From: Steroidobacteraceae bacterium
GTDB lineage: Bacteria; Pseudomonadota; Gammaproteobacteria; Steroidobacterales; Steroidobacteraceae
Assembly (NCBI GenBank): GCA_035277965.1
Contig: DATEJM010000004.1
Coordinates: 22,868-86,867, forward strand
DNA: 64,000 bases
Direction: 5' to 3'
Shown piece by piece: positions 29,809-40,076 of this stretch. Every line of letters starts with the position of its first letter. Position 1 is the first letter of the stretch. The notes under the pieces were generated by a model. It worked only from the letters and a program-made list of their open reading frames with translations. It was not told the DNA's origin and did no database searches. The position numbers and the translations under genes were made by a program.

Positions 29809-31196
29809 TGCATGCGCGGCTTGATCGGGCCCTCGCTCTGGTGCTGCTCGTGGTGCTCCACGGCGCCGCATGGGCACAGGCCCCTTCACCGCCATTGCCG
29901 GCGCAGGACCCGCTCGTCGTCGTCACGTTCGCCAACCAGCCTCATCTCTCCACGCCGCCCGCGGGCACCACGGGCCGCCGCTATGCCGGTGACCTCTACG
30001 GCGTGAGCCAGACGGCCCACTCCGAATCGCATCGCGTCGCGGCAGACTACGGGCTCACCGAAGTCGCGAGCTGGCCGATCAAGGCGCTCGCCGCTCACTG
30101 TGTCGTCTATCGCGTGCGGGGCGAACGCTCGCTCACGGATGTATTGGCAGCTCTGCGGAAGGATCCGAGGGTCACGCTCGCACAGCCGCTACAGCACTTT
30201 CACACGCTCGGTGCCTCCTCCGCTCTGCGTCCCAACATCGACCAGACGGCGGGCACCCCGGCGCAACGGGACAGCCCGCGTGAGCAGCCTGTCGCAACGG
30301 CCCAGACGCCGGACGGCAAAGCGCAAGCCCATGTGCCAGCGTACAACGATCCGCTCTACGACCTGCAGACGAATCTGCAGGCACTCGACATCGAGGCCGC
30401 GCACTCGCGCTCCCAGGGGGCAGGGGTGCGTGTCGGTCTGATCGACACCGGCGTTGACGCCCGACACCCCGATCTTCGCGGCCGCGTCATCGCGACGCAC
30501 TCCTTCATTCCGAGCGGCACACGCACCATCCAGGCCTATCGCCACGGCACGGCCATGGCCGGACTGATCGCGGCGGTCGCAAACAATGGGATCGGCATCG
30601 TCGGCATTGCGCCGCTGGCCCGGATCGAGGTGTTCGAGGCGTGTTGGCAATTGTCATTGGATAGCGACGCGGCCGAATGCAACACGTTCACGCTCGCCAG
30701 GGCACTCGCGGCGGCTCTCGATTCCGGGGTTCCCATCGTCAACATCAGTATCGGCGGACCCTCCGATCCGCTGCTGTCAGCCCTGATCGCCGCGGGATTG
30801 AAGCGTGGGATCATCTTCGTCGGCTCCACCGGCGACAGCGGCGACAGGTTTCCGACCGCGACCGCGGGAGTGATCGCAGTGAGTGGGGCCGAGCATGTTG
30901 CCCCGGGGGCAGTGTTCGCCGTTCCGGCGAGCCACGTGTTGACTCTGCATCCGGACGGTCAGTATGAGTTCGAATCGGGAACGTCGGTGGCCGCGGCTCA
31001 GGCGACGGGAATCATCGCTCTGCTGCTCGGCGTGGACTCCCATCTCTCAGCCGATCGTGTCGTGTCACTGCTGCGCTCCGGCAGCTCTGAGCGGGCAGCG
31101 GCCGATGCAACGAGGGTGGCGGTGATCAGCGCGGGCTCGATCGCGACGGCGCTCGATTTCGGTCCCCAACGGATGGCGGCGAGAGCATCCCGATAG
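29805..31196 (+). CDS. Secreted S8 (subtilisin-family) serine peptidase with N-terminal propeptide-like region
   Basis: Signal peptide ...VLHGAAWA/QA. Catalytic triad contexts are GLIDTGVDARHPDL (D), HGTAMAGLIAA (H) and GTSVAAAQATGIIALLL (S). The GTG/ATG start overlaps the anti-sigma stop. Confidence 0.85.
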   Translation: MMHARLDRALALVLLVVLHGAAWAQAPSPPLPAQDPLVVVTFANQPHLSTPPAGTTGRRYAGDLYGVSQTAHSESHRVAADYGLTEVASWPIKALAAHCVVYRVRGERSLTDVLAALRKDPRVTLAQPLQHFHTLGASSALRPNIDQTAGTPAQRDSPREQPVATAQTPDGKAQAHVPAYNDPLYDLQTNLQALDIEAAHSRSQGAGVRVGLIDTGVDARHPDLRGRVIATHSFIPSGTRTIQAYRHGTAMAGLIAAVANNGIGIVGIAPLARIEVFEACWQLSLDSDAAECNTFTLARALAAALDSGVPIVNISIGGPSDPLLSALIAAGLKRGIIFVGSTGDSGDRFPTATAGVIAVSGAEHVAPGAVFAVPASHVLTLHPDGQYEFESGTSVAAAQATGIIALLLGVDSHLSADRVVSLLRSGSSERAAADATRVAVISAGSIATALDFGPQRMAARASR

Positions 31197-31392
31197 CGCT
31201 CCGAGGTCCCCAAGCGCGCTGGAGGTGAATGTTTGCCCCGGGACGAAGTCCGTTGCCGATTAACAAATGGTGCCGGGCCGAGCACGAAGCTCGACCCGAC
31301 ACCCCCTCGATCCAGGAACGGCAGGAGCCGGACTTTATAGGAGCTGCGGCGTTTGTGGTAGCAGAATTCGCGCCGCAGCATGAGCGAGGCCA

Positions 31393-31418
31393 CAGTCGTT
31401 GCGCGGTCGCAACGACTG
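31393..31418. terminator. Perfect 11-bp-stem hairpin (CAGTCGTTGCG-CGGT-CGCAACGACTG) between convergent S8 and ddl genes
   Basis: Read directly. It lies 46 nt past the ddl stop and has no U-tract on either strand. Confidence 0.4.
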
Positions 31419-31463
31419 CACCGCCCGGAGGGGGCGGGCGTACCCAATGTCGGCCTGTGTTCG

Positions 31464-33362
<1,899 letters not shown>

Positions 33363-33423
33363 CGCACGAGTCGCCTGCGACTTTTGCCGCCCGGGCCGCG
33401 GCGAGTAGTGCCATCATAGGTAC

Positions 33424-33984
33424 ATGTTCGAGCGGTCTCGCACATCCACCGTCCCACCGCCGGCTCGGATCGACATCCGCGACGCCGTCGAGAGCGATCT
33501 GCCGGGACTGCTGGAGATCTACAACGAGGTCATCGCCACTTCGACCGCGATCTACAGCGACGAGCCCGTCACGCTCGCCGATCGTCGCGACTGGTGGCGT
33601 CACCGGGTCACAGCCGCTTACCCGGTGCTCGTCGCGACCGATGCCAGCGGCGTGGTTGGATTCTCGACCTTTGGAGACTTCCGGGCGTGGGCGGGCTACC
33701 GCTTCACGGTCGAGCACAGCGTGCACGTGCGTGCCGACCGTCGCGGCCGAAGCATCGGCCATCGTCTCGTGGAGGAGCTCTTTCCACGCGCGCAAGCCCT
33801 CGGCAAGCACGTGATGATCGCCGGCGTCGATGCCGCCAACACGGGGTCGATTCGCTTTCATGAGCGGCTGGGCTTCGAGCAAGCCGGCCGCCTGAGCGAA
33901 GTCGGCTTCAAGTTCGGCCGCTGGCTGGATCTGGTGTTCCTGCAGCGGCGGATCGGCCGGCAAGCGTTCCCGGAAGACCGCTAA
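33424..33984 (+). CDS. GNAT N-acetyltransferase, phosphinothricin / methionine-sulfoximine acetyltransferase-like
   Basis: 186 aa. Reads IRDAVESDLPGLLEIYNEVIATSTAIY...RRGRSIGHRL...NTGSIRFHERLGFEQAG. Confidence 0.75.
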   Translation: MFERSRTSTVPPPARIDIRDAVESDLPGLLEIYNEVIATSTAIYSDEPVTLADRRDWWRHRVTAAYPVLVATDASGVVGFSTFGDFRAWAGYRFTVEHSVHVRADRRGRSIGHRLVEELFPRAQALGKHVMIAGVDAANTGSIRFHERLGFEQAGRLSEVGFKFGRWLDLVFLQRRIGRQAFPEDR

Positions 33985-33994
33985 AATCCCGGAC

Positions 33995-34582
33995 ATGTTC
34001 GCCAGCATGCCACCCGCCACGCGGGTCCTCATCTTCGTGAACGCCATGGTGTATCTGCTGCAGCAGATGGCGCCCCGCGCGATCGATACCTTGTTTGCCC
34101 TGTGGCCGCTGGGACCCTTGTTCCAGCCGTGGCAGCTCATCACTTATGCGTTCCTGCACGCCAGCTTCGCCCACATCTTCTTCAACATGTTCGCCCTCTT
34201 CATGTTCGGAGGCGCGCTCGAGCGTTTCTGGGGTAGCGGCCGCTTTCTGGTGTTCTATCTGGTCAGCGTGCTCGGCGCTGCCGCGACTCAACTCGCGGTG
34301 CAGGTGCTGGCACGGACCGGCGAGCCGGTGATCGGGGCCTCGGGGGGCGTGTTCGGCTTGCTGCTGGCTTTCGCGTGGTATTTCCCGCGGCAGCGGATCA
34401 TCCTGCTCTTCCCGCCAATCCCGATGCCCGCGTGGCTGTTCGTGACCCTCTACGGCGGCATCGAGCTGATCCTGGGGGTAACGGGGTCGCAGACGGGCGT
34501 GGCCCACTTTGCGCATCTCGGCGGAATGCTGGGCGGCGCCATCATGATCCTGCTGTGGCGGCGCGGGGGCAGGGCACATTGA
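33995..34582 (+). CDS. Rhomboid-family intramembrane serine protease
   Basis: 195 aa, polytopic. Catalytic Ser context GASGGVFGLL and His context HFAHLGGMLGG. Confidence 0.8.
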   Translation: MFASMPPATRVLIFVNAMVYLLQQMAPRAIDTLFALWPLGPLFQPWQLITYAFLHASFAHIFFNMFALFMFGGALERFWGSGRFLVFYLVSVLGAAATQLAVQVLARTGEPVIGASGGVFGLLLAFAWYFPRQRIILLFPPIPMPAWLFVTLYGGIELILGVTGSQTGVAHFAHLGGMLGGAIMILLWRRGGRAH

Positions 34583-34612
34583 GCATGGGCAAAAGCCGCG
34601 ACTTTTGCCGCC

Positions 34613-34897
34613 CTACGCCGCAGTGTTGACCATCCGTACGGGGCCCCGCCGCGTGCCGCACGCATCGCACAGCAGCCGGGTACCGAACCGGCTCCTGCCG
34701 AAGACACGGCCGTCGGGCAGTGACGCCCAGTTGCCGCCGCTCTCCCCCTTCAGATCCGCGAGCCGGACGTGCAGCGCGCAACGCGGGTTGGCGCAGAATG
34801 GCGCGCCGCGCTCGAGCTCGTTGTCAACGACCAGAGTGTCCTCGGGGATTCGAGGCGGATGCGGCAGATCAGCGGTATCGAAGTTGGGTGATTGCAT
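34613..34897 (-). CDS. Hypothetical Cys-rich small protein (94 aa; alternative 149-aa form starting at 35062)
   Basis: AAGGG lies 6 nt before ATG 34897 and third-position GC is high. Four Cys are arranged FCANPRC...CDAC (zinc-ribbon-like). I recognise no family. Confidence 0.4.
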   Translation of the reverse strand: MQSPNFDTADLPHPPRIPEDTLVVDNELERGAPFCANPRCALHVRLADLKGESGGNWASLPDGRVFGRSRFGTRLLCDACGTRRGPVRMVNTAA

Positions 34898-35116
34898 GTC
34901 GCGCCCTTCGAGCCACCGGCAAGTGACGCGAGCAGACTGCCGCTTGGCCTTGACGAAGCCATGACGACGCGGTTGCGTTTCAATGAACGTCGAGCGCGGC
35001 CGAGCCTCGGTAGAGATCCGCGGCGGATGCGGGGCATCGCCGTGCCGCACGCCGCGGATCATCTCCGATTCGTCTTAGAAGTACACTTTAGAGCATTGTG
35101 ATTACAGGAGAATTTC

Positions 35117-35302
35117 ATGAGGCAATCGCAGTCCGGGGCAGCCGCGGGCGAAATCGCTGCCTCTCGCGTCATTAATCGCCTTGAATTGCGGCGAGGCCAG
35201 CGGCCAAAATCCCGCGCTTTCACGGGTCAGCCACCGTTCGCGGGCCAGGCGCGCCGCCGGTTGCGGGCGAAGGCCGACTCGTTGCGGGCGAAGGCCGACT
35301 AA
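35117..35302 (+). CDS. Possible 61-codon leader/mini-ORF upstream of the ABC-2 operon
   Basis: A strong SD (AGGAG) sits 6 nt before ATG 35117, within an AT-rich patch. The product is very basic and its 3' end is built from the 20-bp tandem repeat. Coding status is unproven. Confidence 0.25.
   Translation: MRQSQSGAAAGEIAASRVINRLELRRGQRPKSRAFTGQPPFAGQARRRLRAKADSLRAKAD
35260..35300 (+). repeat. Perfect 20-bp direct tandem repeat (GTTGCGGGCGAAGGCCGACT, 1-nt spacer)
   Basis: Read directly: GTTGCGGGCGAAGGCCGACT c GTTGCGGGCGAAGGCCGACT. It lies 50 nt upstream of the ABC ATPase start. Confidence 0.9.
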
Positions 35303-35349
35303 CAGTCAGGGGAACTTTGCGGGGCATTGTGTCATCTAGACCGCCAGCC

Positions 35350-36273
35350 ATGATCAAGACGGAACACCTGAGCAAGCGCTACGACACTCTCACGGCCGTG
35401 GACGACGTCACCTTTGAGGTGGGCCCTGGCGAAGTCCTTGGCTTCCTGGGACCCAACGGCGCCGGAAAGACCACCACCATGCGCATGCTGGCGGGCTTCG
35501 TGACGCCGACGGGGGGCACCGCGAGCATCTGCGGCCACGATGTCGTGACCGATTCCCTCGGTGCGAAGTCGAGCCTCGGCTACCTCCCGGAAGGCGCGCC
35601 CAGCTACGGCGAAATGACCGTTCTGCGGTTTCTCGAGTTCATCGCGGAGATCCGGCGGCTCGAAGGCGAGAGGCGGCGCGCCCGCCTCGACTATGTCATC
35701 CAGCGTCTGCAGTTGACGTCGGTGCTCGGCCAGACGATCGAAACGCTCTCGAAAGGATTCCGTCGTCGCGTCGGACTCGCGCAGGCCATCCTGCACGACC
35801 CGCCCGTGCTGATTCTCGACGAGCCCACCGACGGGCTCGATCCGAACCAGAAGCACGAGGTCCGCAGCCTGATCAACGAGATGGCGCGCGAGAAGATCAT
35901 CGTGATCTCGACGCACATCCTCGAGGAGGTCGACGCAGTGTGCACGCGGGCGATCATCATCGCGCGAGGGCGGATCGTCGCCGATGACACGCCTACGGCC
36001 CTTTCCAGCAAGTCCCGGTACTACAACGCCGTCTCGCTCCAGTTCGGCAAGCCCGATCAGCTCGCGATGGCGCGTCAGGCAATCGAGGCGCTACCCCACG
36101 TCGCCGCAGTAGAAGTGAGTGAGCGCGATGGGCGGCTCACGGCCCTGCCGCGTGCGGGAGCGACGATCTTGCCCGCCGTGTCGGAGCTCGCAGCCCGTCG
36201 AGGCCTCGAGTTGAAGGAGTTGCATCTGGAGTCCGGCAGGCTGGACGAAGTCTTCAGGACCCTGACCGCCTGA
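35350..36273 (+). CDS. ABC transporter ATP-binding protein (ABC-2 / GldA-like)
   Basis: Starts MIKTEHLSKRYD...; Walker A GPNGAGKTTT, signature LSKGFRRRV, Walker B LILDEPT. Confidence 0.85.
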   Translation: MIKTEHLSKRYDTLTAVDDVTFEVGPGEVLGFLGPNGAGKTTTMRMLAGFVTPTGGTASICGHDVVTDSLGAKSSLGYLPEGAPSYGEMTVLRFLEFIAEIRRLEGERRRARLDYVIQRLQLTSVLGQTIETLSKGFRRRVGLAQAILHDPPVLILDEPTDGLDPNQKHEVRSLINEMAREKIIVISTHILEEVDAVCTRAIIIARGRIVADDTPTALSSKSRYYNAVSLQFGKPDQLAMARQAIEALPHVAAVEVSERDGRLTALPRAGATILPAVSELAARRGLELKELHLESGRLDEVFRTLTA

Positions 36274-36312
36274 CGATTTGCAAAGAATTCGCAAGAACAA
36301 GGGGCACACTTC

Positions 36313-37047
36313 ATGCGCAACGTCGGCGTCATCCTGCGCCGCGAGCTGGGAAGCTACTTCGCCACACCGCTCGCCTATGTCTTCATCGTGATCTTCCTGA
36401 TGCTGACGAACGCCTTCACGTTCTACCTCGGCTCGTTCTTCGAGCGGGGCCAGGCCGACCTGCAGCCGTTCTTCAACTTCCACCCCTGGCTGTACCTGTT
36501 CCTCATTCCCGCCTTGTCCATGCGGCTGTGGGCCGAAGAGCGCAAGTCCGGCAGCATCGAGCTGCTCATGACGCAGCCGGTCACGCTGTGGGAAGCCGTG
36601 CTCGGCAAGTTCTTCGCTGCCTGGATTTTCACGGCTCTGGCGGTTGCCCTGACTTTCCCGCTGTGGCTCACGGTGAACTACCTCGGTAGCCCGGACAACG
36701 GCACGATCCTCGCCGCCTATATCGGCAGCCTGTTACTGGCGGGCGGCTTTCTCGCGATCGGCTCGTGCATGTCCGCGCTGACCCGCAATCAGGTGATCGC
36801 GTTCATTCTGGGTGTGGTCGTGTGCTTCGCATTCACTCTGGCGGGCTCACCGCTGGTGTTGGACGTCTTCAGGAGCTGGGCGCCGCAGGCGATCGTGGAT
36901 GCGATCGCCTCCCTGTCCTTCCTGACGCACTTCTCGTCGATCGCCAAGGGAGTGATCGACGTGCGCGACCTCCTGTACTTCGCGATGCTCATCGCATTCT
37001 TCCTGCTCGCGACCTCGATCGCGCTCGAGCTGCACAAGGCCGACTGA
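36313..37047 (+). CDS. ABC-2 type transporter permease (GldF-like)
   Basis: 244 aa with six predicted TM segments. Reads FHPWLYLFLIPALSMRLWAEERKSGSIELLMTQP, typical of this permease family. Confidence 0.75.
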   Translation: MRNVGVILRRELGSYFATPLAYVFIVIFLMLTNAFTFYLGSFFERGQADLQPFFNFHPWLYLFLIPALSMRLWAEERKSGSIELLMTQPVTLWEAVLGKFFAAWIFTALAVALTFPLWLTVNYLGSPDNGTILAAYIGSLLLAGGFLAIGSCMSALTRNQVIAFILGVVVCFAFTLAGSPLVLDVFRSWAPQAIVDAIASLSFLTHFSSIAKGVIDVRDLLYFAMLIAFFLLATSIALELHKAD

Positions 37048-37059
37048 GGGACACCCCGT

Positions 37060-38988
37060 ATGATCAAACGCTCCACACTCGGCGGAGGGACCCTGCTGGC
37101 GCTCGCGCTGTTGTTCATCGGGCTGACGATCCTGTTCGATCGCGCGTTGCATGGCTGGCGCCTCGATCTGACGCAGAATCATCTGTACACCACCGCGCCG
37201 GGCACCGACCGGATCCTCCGGAGCATCAAGGAGCCGATCAATCTCTATTTCTTTTTCTCCGACAAGGCAGCCGGGCAGATCCCGCAGCTGAAGACTTACG
37301 GCGCCCGCGTCCGCGAGCTTCTCCAGGAATTGACGACACGCTCGGGCGGCAAGCTGCGCTTGCACATCATCGATCCGCAGCCGTTTTCCGAAGAGGAAGA
37401 TCGCGCCTCGGAGCTCGGCGTGCGCGGCTCGCCGATCGGGCCTTCCGGCTCGCAGATGTATCTCGGCCTCGCCGGCACCAACTCCACGGACGGCCACGCC
37501 GCCATCGAATTCTTCGACCCCCAGAAGGAGCAGTTTCTCGAATATGACGTCGTGAAGCTGATCTATCAGCTCGCCAACCCGAAGAAGCCCGTGGTCGCGT
37601 GGCTGTCCGGGCTCCCGATGGGCGCGGGATTCGATCCGCAGACCGGGCAGACGCGAGCGCCGTGGGCGATCTACGAAGAGGCCGAGCAACTCTTCGATGT
37701 GAGGCCGCTCGAGGCGAGTGCTACGCAGATCGATCCGGATGTGAGCGTACTGGTCGTGGCTCATCCGAAAGGACTCTCGCCGGCGATGCAATTCGCTATC
37801 GATCAATTCGCGCTGCGGGGTGGCCATATCGCGATGTTCGTGGACCCGCTCGCGGAGTCGGATCAGTCGGGCGCCGATCCACGCAACCCGATGTCTGCCC
37901 TGACAGCCGATCGATCCTCGCAGCCGGGCGGTCTGCTCACGGCTTGGGGCATTGCATTCAATCCCCGGCTGGTGGTGGCCGATAGAGTCCATGGGCTGTC
38001 AGTGTCGGTGCATCAGGGAGACCCGCCCGTCCAGCATCTGGGGATCCTGGGCCTGGACCGCTCGTCATTCGCTGCCGATGATGTCATCAGCAACGGCCTC
38101 TCCAGCGTCAATGTCGCGACGGCGGGTTACCTCGAGCCCCTGAAAGGCGCCCGGACGCACTTCGAGCCGCTGCTGCAATCCAGCGCCGACTCGCAGCCCA
38201 TGCCGGTCGACCGCTTCGCCATGCTCTACGACCCGGGCACCCTGCGCGAGGGGTTCAAGCCGACCGGCAAACGCTATGCGATCGCCGCGCGCGTCACGGG
38301 AACCGCGGCGACGGCATTTCCGGCAGGTCCACCGCCGGGAGTCTCGCTGGCTCCGGGGCAGGCGGCGCTGAAGCAGTCGGTGAAGCCTCTGCAGGTCGTC
38401 GTGTTCGCCGACACCGATATGCTCGCGGACTACCTGTGGGTCCATGAGCAGGACTTCTTCGGGAAGCGTCTCGCCCAGGCCTGGGCGAGCAATGGCGATA
38501 TGGTCCTCAATACGCTGGACAATCTCGCCGGCAGCTCCGATCTCATCAGCGTACGCGGCCGGGCCACTTTCACCCGACCCTTCGAGCGGGTGGACGCCCT
38601 GCGTCGCAACGCGGACGATCGGTTCCGCGCCAAGGAGCAGGAGCTCGAACAGCAGCTCAACGAGACCGAGCAGAAGCTGACCGCGTTGCAGTCCCGGCGC
38701 AATGACAAATCCGCCCTCATCCTGACACCGGAACAGGAGCAGGAGCTGAATCGATTCCAGGACGAAAAGGTCCGCATCCGCAAGGAGCTGCGCGCAGTGC
38801 GAGCCGGCCTCAACGAGGACATCAAGCGCCTCGGCACCGAGCTCAAGATCCTGAACATCGTGGTCGCTCCCGCGATCTTCGCGCTGCTCGCGCTCTTCAT
38901 CGCCTGGCAAAGGCGTCAACGGCGCTCCAGCCACGCCGCGGCTCGACAAACAGCGTCCATGACTGCAGCGGGGGAGACGAGGCCATGA
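37060..38988 (+). CDS. GldG-family ABC-transporter auxiliary protein
   Basis: 642 aa with N- and C-terminal TM anchors and a large extracytoplasmic part containing a coiled coil (EQELEQQLNETEQKLTALQ). Sits directly after the ABC-2 permease. Confidence 0.65.
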   Translation: MIKRSTLGGGTLLALALLFIGLTILFDRALHGWRLDLTQNHLYTTAPGTDRILRSIKEPINLYFFFSDKAAGQIPQLKTYGARVRELLQELTTRSGGKLRLHIIDPQPFSEEEDRASELGVRGSPIGPSGSQMYLGLAGTNSTDGHAAIEFFDPQKEQFLEYDVVKLIYQLANPKKPVVAWLSGLPMGAGFDPQTGQTRAPWAIYEEAEQLFDVRPLEASATQIDPDVSVLVVAHPKGLSPAMQFAIDQFALRGGHIAMFVDPLAESDQSGADPRNPMSALTADRSSQPGGLLTAWGIAFNPRLVVADRVHGLSVSVHQGDPPVQHLGILGLDRSSFAADDVISNGLSSVNVATAGYLEPLKGARTHFEPLLQSSADSQPMPVDRFAMLYDPGTLREGFKPTGKRYAIAARVTGTAATAFPAGPPPGVSLAPGQAALKQSVKPLQVVVFADTDMLADYLWVHEQDFFGKRLAQAWASNGDMVLNTLDNLAGSSDLISVRGRATFTRPFERVDALRRNADDRFRAKEQELEQQLNETEQKLTALQSRRNDKSALILTPEQEQELNRFQDEKVRIRKELRAVRAGLNEDIKRLGTELKILNIVVAPAIFALLALFIAWQRRQRRSSHAAARQTASMTAAGETRP

Positions 38989-40076
38989 CTCCCCGTCGGG
39001 TCACGACGCTGCTGATCGTTGGTCTGTTGGTCATCGGCCTGGCCATGTGGGTGTCCTCCACGAGACACCTGGAGCGCGCCACGGCCGCCGGGGACCTCGT
39101 CATGCCCGGGCTGACGGCCGGTCTCAACTCGATCACGGAGGTGCGCGTGCGCAAGGGCGACGGCACGGCCACAACCTTGAAGAAAGGCAGCTCGAGCTGG
39201 AGGGTCGGCGAGCGCGACTATCCGGCCGACTCGGGCAAAGTACGCAAGCTGCTGCTGGATCTCGCGGCCCTGAAGGTAGTCGAAGAGAAGACCCGCACAC
39301 CCGAAAACTACCCGCAGCTCGGCGTCGAGGAGGTCAACTCGCCGCAGGCCACCGGAACGCTCGTGGAAGCCGTGGCACCGGGAAAGACCTACGGCCTGAT
39401 CGTCGGCAAGTCCTCGGACGCGAAATCCGGTTATGTGCGCATGACCACCTCCCCGCAGAGTGTGCTGGCAGCCCCTTTGTTGTCCCTCGATGCCGACGCG
39501 CGTCACTGGATCGATCGCACGCTGATCGATCTGCCCCTGGAGCGGATCAAAGAGGTCAACGTGAAGATCGGCGCACAGCCGGCCTACACGCTCTCCCGCG
39601 CCAACAAAGAGCAGAGCGACTTCGCCGTCGCCGACGTCCCCAAGGGACGTGAGCTCCTCACGCCTGACGCTGCAAACTCGATCGCCTCCGCGCTCACTGC
39701 GCTCACGTCGGACGATGTGCACCACGCACCGGCTAGCAACAGCGCTCAAACTGATCTCGTGCACGCCACTTACCGCACTTTTGACGGGTTGGTGGTCGAT
39801 GTAACGGGCCGTAAGGATGGCACGGCCGACTGGATCGCAATCGCTGCGAGCGCGACCCAGGGCGCCGTGGAGACCGAAGCTCGCGATCTGACGACTCGGG
39901 TCCAGGGTTGGGAATACGAGATTCCCGGTTACAAGTACGACGCCCTCTTTCGCCCGCTCGCAGATCTGCTGAAAAAGCCCCCTGAGAAAGCCCCGGCGAA
40001 GATCGCCGGCAAGGCCGGGAAGGAGACGGGCTCAGCGGGCCCTGGCAAGCAACAACAGGGAGACGGCGGCAAGTAA
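38985..40076 (+). CDS. DUF4340-like protein (N-terminal anchor, repeated beta-rich modules)
   Basis: ATGA-coupled to the GldG-like gene and N-terminally anchored (LLIVGLLVIGLAMW). Assignment rests on the usual partner position after GldG, plus weak sequence recollection. Confidence 0.5.
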   Translation: MTPRRVTTLLIVGLLVIGLAMWVSSTRHLERATAAGDLVMPGLTAGLNSITEVRVRKGDGTATTLKKGSSSWRVGERDYPADSGKVRKLLLDLAALKVVEEKTRTPENYPQLGVEEVNSPQATGTLVEAVAPGKTYGLIVGKSSDAKSGYVRMTTSPQSVLAAPLLSLDADARHWIDRTLIDLPLERIKEVNVKIGAQPAYTLSRANKEQSDFAVADVPKGRELLTPDAANSIASALTALTSDDVHHAPASNSAQTDLVHATYRTFDGLVVDVTGRKDGTADWIAIAASATQGAVETEARDLTTRVQGWEYEIPGYKYDALFRPLADLLKKPPEKAPAKIAGKAGKETGSAGPGKQQQGDGGK

